A DNA stretch of 64,000 nucleotides from Geosiphon pyriformis uo1. Lineage: Eukaryota; Fungi; Glomeromycota. A program made the position numbers and the translations under genes. The notes below the pieces were generated by a model. The model had not been told where the DNA came from and did not search any database. It saw nothing but the letters and a program-made list of their open reading frames with translations. Numbering within the stretch: position 1 is the first letter of the stretch; each line of letters opens with the position of its first letter. Shown piece after piece: positions 22,672 to 35,300 of this stretch. The stretch is from the NCBI GenBank assembly GCA_016748015.1, contig JAAOMT010000200.1, positions 370,984 through 434,983 of the forward strand, read 5' to 3'.

Positions 22672-23466
22672 ATGGCTTCTGAATTAATGTGGCCATATGT
22701 TGTTTCTAAGAAAAATCTATCTGTTGAAAGTTACTTAGAATAGACCCAAAATGAAATAGATCTTATGTTCAGATTAAAGTATAAACAAGTCTTTTTTTAT
22801 TTACAAACAATTATTAACTTTTACACTGGAGTTCATTTTAATAGGTCTTCATTAAGACTTGTAGCTAAATGAATGTTTGCACCAATTTGGTCTGCTCAGT
22901 ATCATCCTATTTACCAATTAATTGAAATTGCTGATGAAAAACAATGGTTATGATTGAAGCCTGAAGTTTGCAAGCTGATTCAAGAAAGAATTGTAATTTC
23001 TTGATCTAAACTTTTAAATCAACATCAAGACCATAATGCAATACTTAAAAAAATTAACAAAATGCTCAAATTGTTGATTTTTTCTATACCTTCACAACAG
23101 CATTGAGAAATTGCAGCACATAACTATATTAAATTTAAAAGATTGTGTACTAACCTTTTTAATGTCATTGGATATTCTAAAAGTGAAATATACAGGTCTT
23201 ATACACATCCTAGCTTTATTGCTAAATCAAATCTATTTCGAGTTCAAATAAGAAAGACACAGTTTGTAAATCCAAATGTCTCTAATCATGTTTTTTGTGA
23301 TATTGGTCATAAATATATATTAAGCAAAGAAATGAAAAAATTCAGTAAAATTGCATGAATGAAAAAAATAAACTTTTTTAAAGCAAAGCAAATTAAGAAA
23401 ACATTGTTAGGTACTTGGAAACCAATTCCAATAATAAGTAAAGAAGCAAATCATCAAAAAATGTAA
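22672..23466 (+). pseudogene. Decayed ~265-codon cargo ORF of unknown function inside the pogo element
   Basis: One frame (MASELMWPY..FAPIW..HPIYQLIE..HQDHNAILKKINK) broken only by TAG/TGA at transition-revertible positions. Confidence 0.55.
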
Positions 23467-24530
23467 ATCTGTTAATAAAATCACAACTATTATCTATTAT
23501 TAACTCTCTAATACCTCTTTTAAGTGATCATATTTTCGAAGCTTATCAAGTTAATTGTGTAACAGCCTAATAAATATTCTTTAAGAAGTTAGAAATATAT
23601 TGTATTGTGTACAGTTTTGTTTACGTTGGGTTGGGTGCATTACTATTTATAATTGGCATTTTTAAAACATGATATGTTGAGTCTAAGTTTGAATCTCTAT
23701 TTTGCATGATTATGTTTGAATTATGAAAAGCATTCAACACAGATTTATTTGCCCCAAAAAAGTTGATTTTTAATACATCTTTAAAACTATCAGTCAAACT
23801 TTTGCTCACTAATACTAAATATTGGTCAAATAATGAATATAATTACTAGTATGGAGCTTTTTTTTAATTGTGGATGTCAAAGTTGGTGTGAAAATGTATT
23901 TATTGGATATATATTAGAATCTTCATGCTCTGAGTTTTATTATTAATCACATTTTTTTCTTAAGGAAAGATAAATTCAAATTCCATTCTTAGTTGATTTG
24001 CTTGAGCAATGTTCCATTAACAAACTTGTTGCTAAAGAATCCCATTGGGCCATTATTCTCACTTGTAGGTCTGTTAATTTCTTCTTTCAATATGGTGAAA
24101 AAGTAATCTCATTAGCCAAAGTTTGATCCAGAATAACTTCATTGATATCTGCAGCAACAGTTTCCAAAGCACTACCAGCCTCTGAAGCACCACCAGTCTC
24201 CAAAGCACCAAGAGTAGCAGTACTGTATCATATATCAACTATTATTAAAACTCTCATAATACTTACAAACAACAAACCAGATATAATAGTTCCATTATTG
24301 TCTTTTAATAACAGTGACAACTTATAAAGAAGAAGAGTAATTGAATGTTGTAATATTTCAGAAATTTTGTTTAGTGTTCTATAATCATTTCCAGAAACTT
24401 TTCTAATTTTTTTTACTATTATAAAAAGAATGATTTCCATTGACAAATCAGGAAATCTTCCTAACTATATATGTTCGATTAAATATGAGATAATATCTGA
24501 TGTTTATATCTAATATTATATGATTATAGT

Positions 24531-24710
24531 GTGACTATAGAAAGTAAAAATTACTTATATTCTGCTATCATATTTGTGGAAATAGGGACTATAAGAAGAT
24601 ATATATAGTAAAAGTGACTATAAGGAGATAATATTATATATAAATGGTTTTGGTTTTTAAAAAAATGTGATTATAAGAAGATAGTGACTATAACCAGAGG
24701 GACTATAAAG
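24531..24710 (+). repeat. Subterminal GTGACTATAA-like repeats, likely transposase binding sites
   Basis: About six copies near the right TIR and two near the left (20501-20526); same motif forms the inner TIR. Confidence 0.7.
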
Positions 24711-27596
24711 AGAGTTCACTATATACTAAATAGGATGCCATAGTTAGAAAAAATTTAAAAATTAAGGCCAGTCTTTTACATAATTTTTCTACAGACATAT
24801 TACTATATCTTTTTTTCTATAGCATAAAATTTTTTAATCAAGTCTAGGCTAAAAGTAAGTTATTTTCTGTCATGAATTTTGCAAATGCTTTAGAAGTTTT
24901 TGGTAGGTTTTTTACCTATTATTACTTGGATTTACAAGTTTTTAGTTGGTTGCCAATTCATCTCTTGCATTATCTTGTTAGATTAAAAATCTGTTCTAAG
25001 GATAATTTTTTAGTCAAAATTGTGAAAATTTTTTCATTTTGTGGCTTATCTTTTTCTAATGCTCTGCCAAATGCTTTTCACTTTACTGGCAGTATGTTAA
25101 TCTCCAGTATTCTTGGGGATAGTAGTTTTTTCCAGGTTGCCTATTCTTTAAAGTATTATGATATAGCTTTTGTGGAACAGTTGCTAAACAGAAAAGAAGT
25201 TCAATTTGAATAAAAGTGCTTTAAATATTGAAAACATCTAGATTTGCAGAGTCTTATATCTGGTTGATTTGGCTCTACAGTTAAGTTTCTGGAGAATAAA
25301 TCTAGCATGGCTGATGTTGCATCTTAGTTTTCTGGTGTAAGTGTTCTAGACTCTAGTGCTAAAGTTCGGATTTGTCATACTAAGCAGATTTTACTGGAGT
25401 CTGGTTTATGCTCTTTTGACATGTATACTGATAAATTGGTGAAAAATTTTGGCATTACTTCAGTTGTTGGAAGTGCTGCTGCATTTTTTGCTGACATTAA
25501 CTTGAATATTAAAATTGGGGTCTATGACATTATGGCATCATGTCATTAACTTTGTTTAAGCTAAAAGCCATTTTTCTCATGCTTGATTGTGTTTTAGTTA
25601 ACTACAGTATGGTGGTTTTTTCAGACAGCCAAGCTGCTATTTGTGCATGTATTGATGAGACTAAAATAAATTTGCCTAATTTTAGAAAAAAATTGTAGAT
25701 AAAACATCATTAGATAATAAATTTAATCAGAATTAAGAGACTTTAGGTATTCTGAATAAAGGTCAAGGGTTATGTTAATATTGCTGAGAATGAGTAAGCC
25801 AATGCTATTATCTCTAAAGCTTGTTTTTTCATCTCATTTTTCTCTATATTAGTGTGTAAATTTTATGTGCTATTAGGTAATTTGGCACTGTCCTATAACA
25901 TTCATCATTATGTTAGAGATTTTTATAGAACTTTGTGTCATGTTAGATGAGAAAATATATCAGATGTTAAGGTAAAATTTGTTCACAATTTTCATAAAAT
26001 AGACTAAAAGAGGACTTTTAAAGTTTGGCATCCTGATAAAAACATAGCTTTTGATTACACAAGCCACTTTTTAGTCTCTTTGTAGACTTATTTTATAAAA
26101 GCCTTGTATAAGTGTTTGCTAATAGTTCTATGTAAATGTCTATATAACACTTTTTATCTGGGTGTGAGATGTATATATTGTGATAAGATTAACATTTTCA
26201 ATTATGCATTTAAGTGTGTTCATAATAGTGTAAACCAAAGTAGTATTTTTGCTGAGTTTGAACAGAGGTAGGCATTGTTGTTAAAAGTTATTGGTTTCTT
26301 TTCTAATATTATTAAAGATCTAATTTATTGCAGAAAAAACATTAATCTGTATTCTATTATAGTCAAAAGTTTTGTGCTCATAAGTTGGTACAATGAGTCT
26401 TTGGCAGTTTTCAGTGGTTTAGAGTTAGCTGATATTCAGATTGTAAATTTTGTAAGAGACTTGGCAATTACCCACAGATCTAGATCTAAACACAGAGCTG
26501 ATATAGAAAAAAAAACCTGATTGTTGCTATTATTAGTAATTTTTCTGCTAATGTTGATGGTAAAGGCAATTTGAGTGATGGAGTAATTGTGTTGCTTAGT
26601 GTTAATAAAATTTGGAGTGTATATTCTAAATTGTACTGTGGATGTCTGTTTTTTTCAGATTTGGGTGGTGATTTATCAGTGTTATTGAGTGTATAGTGTA
26701 GCTTTAATCAGTTTGAATGGTTGGTCACATGTAGCAAGTATGTGAACTGCATTTAGTTTACAATTTATATATGTTATATGTCTTTAGATAATAGTTGAAC
26801 CATACTTATAAAGCCAATTTAAAAAAAAAAAAAAAAAGTTTATTTAAAACAATTTAAAAAAAAAATAAATAAGTTTATTTTTAACTATTTTTAAATATGA
26901 AAAAAATTAATTATAAAATATTTTACAAATATTTTTTTAATTTTATATATATAAATAATTAATAAAAAATGAATTTTTTTTTTTAAAAAAATTATAAGTA
27001 AAAAAGTTTTCCATAAAAACATTTTGGCTGAGATTACTGTAAAATGGACATCTTTGACAAGTTTTTTATGTTCACCTATTTCAGCTGTTTTGTATTTATT
27101 TTTGATATATTCTTTGAATGTTAATTTTTATGCTATAATTTGTAAAGATTTTGTGTTGAGTAATTGGCTCATTGAGACTGTTTTGGTCTTTAAAAGAAAG
27201 AAAAAAACTGCTCTGGCTCTTATTGAATATATTAGATTTATGGTAAAATTATATTATGCCAAGATATAGATTGTTAAGTCTAAACATAAGGTGGATATAA
27301 AAAAGACTGGTTTGGTTAATGATAATGGTTTGATTGTAGACTTGTCTTATTGTGTGATATTTTTGTTATTGAATAGAGTGGTTTATATGCTTGGTATCAT
27401 AAAATCTTTTGTTGTTAGTTTTGATAAGTACAAAATGTGTTGTTTTTTTTTAGGTTTAGATAGTAATATATTTGTAGACATAAGTATATAGTATTGCTTT
27501 ATCTGGTCTAAGTGATTAGTCACATGTGGTAAGTACATGAGCTGTATTTAGTTTGTTTTACTTAGTTTGGCTCTATATACTAAATAGCAATTGGAC

Positions 27597-29834
27597 TTTT
27601 TTTTTTATTATGAGTTTTAATGAGTATAACCCAACCATTATCTAGAAATTAGAACTAAACTAAGAGATTCAGGGCTAAATATGGTTCATGCATTTACTAC
27701 ATATAACCAGCTATTCAAGCCAGTTCAGACTATATTACATTAATGTACCAGAAGAAAACTTACTTAGAGAAGACATTCTTTGAACAATCTCAAATAATGT
27801 AGCACTATTATTAACTAATCCAACCAACTACTTAGCTGTCTTAAAGACATCAGTCTTTACAGCAGCAGATTCATGTTTCCAAAGAGACATCAAATTAGAA
27901 AACATATTATCATCAAAAGATAACACACTTACATGAGAGCCAGACATATCAATATCTTCAAAACCACATTCAGTTTTCAGAGCAACCACTTCCTGCTCTA
28001 ACTTATTAACAGCTCTGCTAAAGATACTCATGTGAACTAAAACTTCGTTGACTCTGAGACCAAAAGCAGAACTTGAAACCACCATTAACAAATTGTTCAA
28101 AAACTTTGATCATAGAGCCAACAGGCTTAACAATAAATTCAACCAAAACAGAAAGCTTGGCCAAATCAGATTCCAAAGATGCCAGCCAGAAAAATACCAA
28201 AAAATCATTAACAGCAACAAAAGGAGCAGAATTCATTAAAGGAGGAAACTCAGAAAGAACAAAGAGAACAGATGCCTTTACATAAGACAAAAAACCAACA
28301 AAATGTGGTTTAAACATCTTGGAAGCCTTAGAAAGGAGAAGTAAAACAACCTTACAGTTCACAACCAAGTGGTCTATCTCTTGACACTGAAAACAATACT
28401 AACAACCAGGAGTTTTCCATCAGATATGACACTTTCTTAGTGTATCAGTTTTAACAACAGCAAGGTCCAAATTAGCTTGAGAGCCAAATGTAACCAGAGC
28501 AAAGTAAAAATAACAACCAAAATCAGGAGACTGAGGAATAAAACAACTCTGAACACCAACTTAAGAAACCATATCACTGATTTCAAAGACAGTGCAGCCA
28601 GAAAAAAGGTTGACCAACTTGGCCTTAAATTTATCATGAGACACAATTGTTTCTTGTTGATTCACAAGAAGAAGAATCCAAACACTATCCTTGGTCACCA
28701 AAACTGATTAATAATGGAGAACAGATGTGGCAGCAACCAAATTTTCAAAATAGACCACAACATACTGCCAAATACCAACAGGCTTTATCACAACATGAAT
28801 AATTATACCAAAAACACTGAGAGCTGTCTTAATATCAGCAGCAAACACACCCAAAGGCACATTATGCAGTGCAACAGTAGCAGAAAGAGAGCCAGACTTA
28901 AGAACCACCAAGAACTTGGCAATTTTGAGGATGGCCAAATATACAGAGCTTGTAAGTTCAACCAAAAATGCAGCTTCCAAAGACACTTGAGAAGCAAACT
29001 CCATGCAAAACAGCTTTACATTGTCTTTTAACACTGATTTTGCACCCAAAAAACCATGTACCAACTGAAAAACAGTCTTAACATGAGCCAATTTGATTTT
29101 AAAAATAGCATTAGGTACCAAAATGGAGGCCACCCACTCAGTAAACCTTTGGCGACTAGTAATAGTTTTCCAAGCACCATCAGAAGTAGCACCAGAAACT
29201 AGAGGAAGAGATTGCTTTGCCTCTAAGACTAATAATAATCTCCCAGAAAACACTATATTTAACAACACAGCTAGTGGTTGATCTTGGCCCATTTTGAATA
29301 ACATGCCAGATGATACTATGAAGATCTCATCTAAGATCTCATTGGAAACCACAAAGGAGTTTGGTGTAACAATAGCAGAAGCAAGCAATTGCTCCCATTT
29401 TTCTGAACTTTTGGTCTTTTTGACCATTTTTTTTGAAGAGGAGGTGCTATCAACACCAGATATAAAAATCATAGATGAAAAGACCAGCTTGTTAACTAGT
29501 TTATTATTAAACACTTTTGGGCTCTTAGTAGGTGTGGAGGCAACACTAGAATTAACCCAAATGTATTTTTTGAAGAAACTTTAACTGGTGAGAAACCAGT
29601 CAAAGATGAAAAAATTGCTTCAGTAACTACTAAAGACAGCTTATCATAATTACTGGGTAAAGAGAAGGCTTCTAAAACGTTCTGTCTAGTTGTTTTTACA
29701 ACAGAGAAAGCTTCTCTAGTTGAAATTTTATTAGATATCTCAGAACAAATATCAGGTACAGCTTTTTTACTCTTTGCTTTGGTCATGGTCATAAATTAAG
29801 AAGACAAAGAGCTTTTTTTAATAGTATTTTTTTT
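27597..29834 (-). mobile_element. ORF1-only non-autonomous non-LTR retroelement (HAL1-like)
   Basis: Single ORF1-like pseudo-ORF, LINE-type 3' UTR 27734-27607, poly(A) 27606-27597, TSD TTGGAC(TTT) at 27591 and 29835. Confidence 0.85.
27735..29792 (-). pseudogene. Divergent ORF1-like protein (RRM-like, CCHC knuckle, coiled coil, unique C-terminal tail)
   Basis: TALSVFG..GIWQYVVVYF..SVLVTKDSV aligns with LINE ORF1 SAFSKFG..GLxQKTLVEF..WSVFMGKD; CFQCQEIDHLVVNC knuckle. Confidence 0.8.
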
Positions 29835-30224
29835 TTGGACTTTATTCATTAATCTTATAATAATAATAATAATAATAAAAAGTCATCATATTATTTTTAT
29901 TAATTATATAATTAATAATTATTAAACTTTAATAAAATAATTTATTAAAATAATTTGAAATATTTTTTAAAAAAATTTTATTTAGATTTTTATTTTTTTT
30001 GTTACAAACTATATATCAATAACTATTATATTATATTAATATTTAATAATTTAAAAAAAATTATTTTAAAATAAACAAAATAAAATACACTATTGATCTA
30101 AATATTATATTATTTACAAAAAAAATTAAAAAAATTCTTTTTTTTATTGATTTTTTAATTATAACAAGAACATAAAATAGCTAAAAAATAAACTTTTTCT
30201 TTTCTTTTTTCTCTTTTGTTTTTG

Positions 30225-31415
30225 CAGTTTCTTATACAAGAAGCCAAAAAAGTCTAAAATTACTAATAACTTAGTAAATTTATTAACTAATCTTATATCT
30301 GTTAATATTTTGCAAACTAATAATAATAGTTACAAAAAATCTTAAAGTAATAAAGTAGATAACAAAAAAGTCAGCATTAGTAAAATATTAAACATAAAAA
30401 ACATAAAAATATAATTACAGGTAAAACAAATTATATGGATTTAAACATTTTTAAGATTAATAATATGATAAATAATACTACTTTAAGAAAAATACACATT
30501 AAAATATATGTCTTAAAACAGTTGTTAAATATGTTTTCTTTTGATAAAATAAGTAATAATAATAACAACATATTAGTGCTTTTAACTCTTAAGTTTGATA
30601 AATTTTAAAAATTGCTATTAATCAAATTATAAAACAATAAAATTAAAAATTTAAATTTAAAAATTTTTTTGAATTAAATATTGAAATTTCTGTAATAAGT
30701 TGTTATTAATAAAAAAATTTTTATTATGTTAATAGTTTTAGAAGTGGTATTTACTTCTTTAAAATTCTCAGATATTATTAAATTATAATTCATATTTAAA
30801 TTAAGCTTGAACAAAACAATAAAATTGGCTATTAGTAAGAAAATTTTGGTAAATAATAATATTAAAAAAGTAAATAATAGTATAGATTGAGAAGTGATTA
30901 TTAAAAAAATTCCAATTGATTTTTTTAAATCAGCTGTAAAATCAGTTTTTTTTAATTTTAATAAGATTATATTGATTAAGATACAGTTTATTGATTTTTA
31001 ATAAAAAATTCTAATTGAGTTTGAATTTGCTAATATTATTAATTTGGTTATAGCTAAATGATTAATTTTTATAAAAAAAAATTTTGTGTACATAATTAAA
31101 ATTGTTAATAATAAATAAACATAAATATTTAAAAATTGATATTAGATTTTGTTATATATTTTACTAATTAGTACTATTGCTTATAATTTTTTTAATTTAT
31201 TGGTTTCATATAATAAAAAAACTTGCTTTATTGGTTATAATCCAAGCATATATAAATATAACAAGTATATAATTGTTTGTTTTGTTAATAAAACATTAAA
31301 AAAAGCTGTTATTAATTTTATTTTGGTTTTTAAAGATATAAATTTATGTTGGATTGGCTTGTTATTAGCTGTTTGTACTTAGTGTAAACAATTTAATTAT
31401 GTTTTTAATATGTGT
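30225..31415 (+). pseudogene. LINE copy 5, extremely decayed ORF1 fragment truncated by an LTR
   Basis: Collinear with copy 1 ORF1 from tacaagaagccaaaaaag to the zinc knuckle; very low GC. Confidence 0.75.
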
Positions 31416-32351
31416 TATTACTCATAAAAATTAAAAATATTATAGATAAAGTAATAGCCAATCAAAAGTAAGTGTAGTAACAGAGAAATTCCAAGATTTA
31501 TCTAAAAGAATTACAGGATTCCAGAATTCTAGAATTCCAGGATTTTTTATAAAAAAGCACAGGATTCCAGAATCTTAAAATTCCAGAATTCTTCTAAAAG
31601 AATTGCAGGATTCCAGAAATCTCATATAACACTAACTATGTATATATAACAGTAGTATTAAAAATAAAAAAAGACATAATTTAGTTCAGTTTTCATTTTG
31701 TTAACATCTTTTTTTACTTCTATTAATTAATTTTTTATGAATAGTTACTATTCTCTAAAGTAAATTTATTAAAAAATATTAAATAAACATACTTATTATC
31801 ATCTAATTTATGTTATTATTATTTGATTGAGAATTTGAATCACTTTTTTAGTTATTAATACTTCATATTAATAAAATCTATTTAATCACATTAAAACAAT
31901 AGCTTTTAATTATGGCTATTAACAGAATACTAATTTCTTTTTTTCTTTTTATTTCTTTTATTTGTTGTTTTGTTGATTTACTAATTGATTAATAGGATTA
32001 AGCACTGAGTAATTGACATCAAAAGAATTAGTAAAAAACTTAAAAATAAAAATAAACACTCAGAATTTGAAAATAGCTTACTAAGAAACCAGCCATTAAG
32101 CTAAAAAAAAATTGATAGAAAAATCTTGCAAAAAGCTATAAATACCAAAGCACACTAACTCGAGAGTTGAGAAAAAAACTAAAAACATCATCAAAGAATA
32201 TTACTATTAAATTTCTGTTTATTATACAAAAGACTTAACCAAAATCTTTAGACCACAAAAACTTTTAGATATTACTAATACTATCAAACTATTGAATACC
32301 AAGTTATAAGTTTGTTATTTATTCTAACTACTTAAATAATTACCTGTAACA
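31416..32351 (+). repeat. Family B LTR (B1), followed by PBS and truncated gag to 32932
   Basis: tattactcata...ctgtaaca, then tttggtgctc; CCAAT at 31456, GAATTC/GGATTC repeats, TATA at 31641. Confidence 0.85.
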
Positions 32352-35300
32352 TTTGGTGCTCTTTGTAAGATATAATCTAACAGAAAACCAGCACTAGCAA
32401 CAACTATTCAAAACAGTGGCAGAATTAAAAGTAATAGAAACAAATTACTTAGAATTTATGAAATCTTTATTCCAACAATATTATTAATAGTTAAAATTAA
32501 CCAGTAATTATTGGCCAGCAGAATCAGTCTTTATTTGTTATATTAATAACAGAATTACATACTTTTTAGAAGAACCAACTGATATTAAATTAGCAAGAGG
32601 AAATTTCTACACCAAATTAATTCAATATACCAACTTACTATTAAATTATAACTTTGTTCTCACTATTACTAAAATCAACTAAAAAATTGAAAATTACATC
32701 CAACAAAAATTTCTCATTACCTATGCAGACAAAAACAAAAGAAAACTACAAATATTAGCAAGAATACCAAAAAATATACAACTACTTACTTGGAAAAAAC
32801 CAAGATTTATTTTACCTATTTACTCATTTTATCACTATATGCTTAAAAGTATTATCAATATATTATTAAAAGGTATATCATTATTAGCAAAAACATTATT
32901 ATAATATTTCAAAGACAACAAAAAAAAGCTAATATTACTCATAAAAAGTAAGAATATTATATAGTTAGAAAAATAGCCAATCAGAAATAGGCATAGTAAC
33001 AAAAAAATTCCAGGATTTCTCTAAAGGAATTCCAGAATTCTAGAGTTCCAGAATCTCAGAATTTTTTATAAAGAATTGCAGGATTCCAAAAATTTCATAT
33101 AATAACAACTATGTATATATAGCAGTAGTATTAGAAGCAAGAAATTCAGAATTTAGTTTAGTTTTAGTTTAGTATTCCTTTTTTTATCTATTAATTAATT
33201 TTCACTTCATGAATAGTTAATATCTATCAAAGTAAATTTATTAACAAAATATCAAATAAAACATATTTATTATTATCTAATCTATGTTACTATTATTTAT
33301 TTAAGCATTTAATCACTCTTCTATTTATTAACTCTTTATGTTAATAACATCTAATACTTAATCATACTGAAACAATAGCTTTTAATCATGTTTATTAACA
33401 GAATACTAATTTTTTCTTTCTTTATTTTTTTTTATTTTTTATTTTTTTTTATTTTTTTATTTTGTTGTTAATTTACTAATTAATTAAAAGAATTAATACA
33501 CAGAGTACTAACATTAGAAAATAATACTGATAAAAGACTTAAGAATAAAAATAGACATTTAGAATTAAGAATAGCTTATTAGGAGATACTGGCCATCAAG
33601 CTGAAAAAAAATTAATGGAATATAGATATTCTGAAAAATGATGGACATCAAAGCATACCAACTTAAAAGTTGAGAAAAAAAATTTGAAATATTACCAAAA
33701 AATATTACCATTGAATTTTTGTCTATTATATAAAGAACTCTACCAAAACTTTTAGATATAAAAATCTTCAAATATTACTAGCATTATTCAGTTATTGAAT
33801 ACCAAGTTATAAATTTATTATTTGTTTCCAGACTTCAAATAATCACCTATAACATTTAGTGCTCCCTGTAAAGTATAATTTAACAAAAAACTAGTATTAA
33901 CAACAATTATCTAAAACAGTAGCAGAATCAAAAAAACAGAGACAAACCACTTAAAATTCACAAAAGTTTTATTCCAACACTACTAAATTTACTTAGAATT
34001 AACAAGTAATCATTGGCCAGCAGAATTAACTTTCAATTTCTACATCAACAAAAGGATTAAATCATATTTAAGAGACCAAAAAAATCTGGAAACAGCATTT
34101 ACTAATTTTTATAATAAATTATTTCAGAGCATCATGCTTCTACAAAATTATTTGTTTGTGTTAATAATTACAGAAATCAATAAAAAAATTAAAAAACATA
34201 CCAGGCAGAAATTTTCTATTATTTTTGTAGATAACAACAAAAAAAATTACAAACACCAACAAAAACACCAAAAAAAATACAACTACTTACTTAAAAAAAA
34301 CCAAAAATAATTTTACATATTTATCCATTATATTATCACATGTTTAGAAGTACTATTAGGAGATGTATTATCATTAGCAAAAACACCATCAGTGAAAATA
34401 ACATTTCAAAGCCAACAAAAAAAAGCCAATTTATTAGGAACTTATGATAATTATTTTGAAAAATTTAAATCATGATTACCAATACTATTAGGATTTTGAT
34501 TACTGCCATCTTAACCCAATTTCAGAGTTACCAGTTCTTAGAAAATAACCAACTCAGAAGAAAAGAAAAACAAAGATTAGGAATTTAACTATTAAAACCT
34601 GATCTTAGAAAACCTGAAAATTCAAACTCTGATTATTCAAATCCAACAAAACCTGAATAATCTAAATCCAGCTCCTATTGTTCTCTAAGACTTACTTCCA
34701 GTAATTGTAATTGAGCCACCTTCAGTTGTACTAATTGTTAAACAATAACAACAACAGCCAAAACCACAATTTTAACTACTGTTACAACAAACACTTTAAC
34801 CACAATTACAACAACAACCAATTATAGCACCAATGATATATGCTTCTATTACCAAGTTAGAAAAATTTATTAGCAAAAAAAACAATGTTTAAGTTTAGTT
34901 GAATAACATTGCTAAAGCCATCATCATTAATAATTGAAATAATATTAGAGCTCTTCAAGCTATTCTGTATTTTCTTTAAGATACCACCAATTTATAGTAT
35001 TAAAGCTTAATTCAGAAATCTCAAATCTTCAACAAATTTAAAACTGAATTTTTGAGATACTTTAGCAATAATAACAGCATTAATCATTTCACAATGGCAT
35101 TTACCACCATTAAACAAGACAATATAGAAATAGTCACTACTTATTTAGGATGTTTTCATAGAAATTTGTGTTAAATACAAGCAATTAATATGAATTACTT
35201 TACAGCACCACAGATTTTGAACCAGTTTATTTGTGAGTTATACAGTAGTATTTTCCAGTGCATATGCTCATTATATCTACAAATACTTTAAGATACAGTT

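Larger units (their letters stand above)
20455..24721 (-). mobile_element. pogo/Tigger-like Tc1/mariner DNA transposon (~4.27 kb) with cargo
   Basis: 21-bp TIRs cagtaaactctctttataatc (20455) and gactataaagagagttcacta (24701-24721), three transition mismatches; TA on both flanks; LINE ORF2 resumes across it. Confidence 0.92.
15780..26837 (+). mobile_element. LINE copy 2, older and more decayed, interrupted by a pogo-like transposon
   Basis: ORF1 ~15922-17771; ORF2 ~17771-20454 and 24724-26696, collinear with copy 1; shared 3' UTR; poly(A) 26821-26837. 5' end approximate. Confidence 0.9.
27020..29880 (+). mobile_element. LINE copy 3, 5'-truncated 3' fragment, split by the ORF1-only element
   Basis: ORF2 C-terminus to 27491, 3' UTR to 27596; remainder (ttggactttattcattaa plus (TAA)n tail) at 29835-29880. 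Confidence 0.8.

Noticed and set aside
8866-29880. HeT-A/TART-style telomeric array
   Set aside because: Mixed orientations, no telomeric context, and flanked on both sides by LTR elements.
29880-30220. Extremely AT-rich spacer as origin or centromere core
   Set aside because: Indistinguishable from terminally mutated repeat DNA; no motif support.
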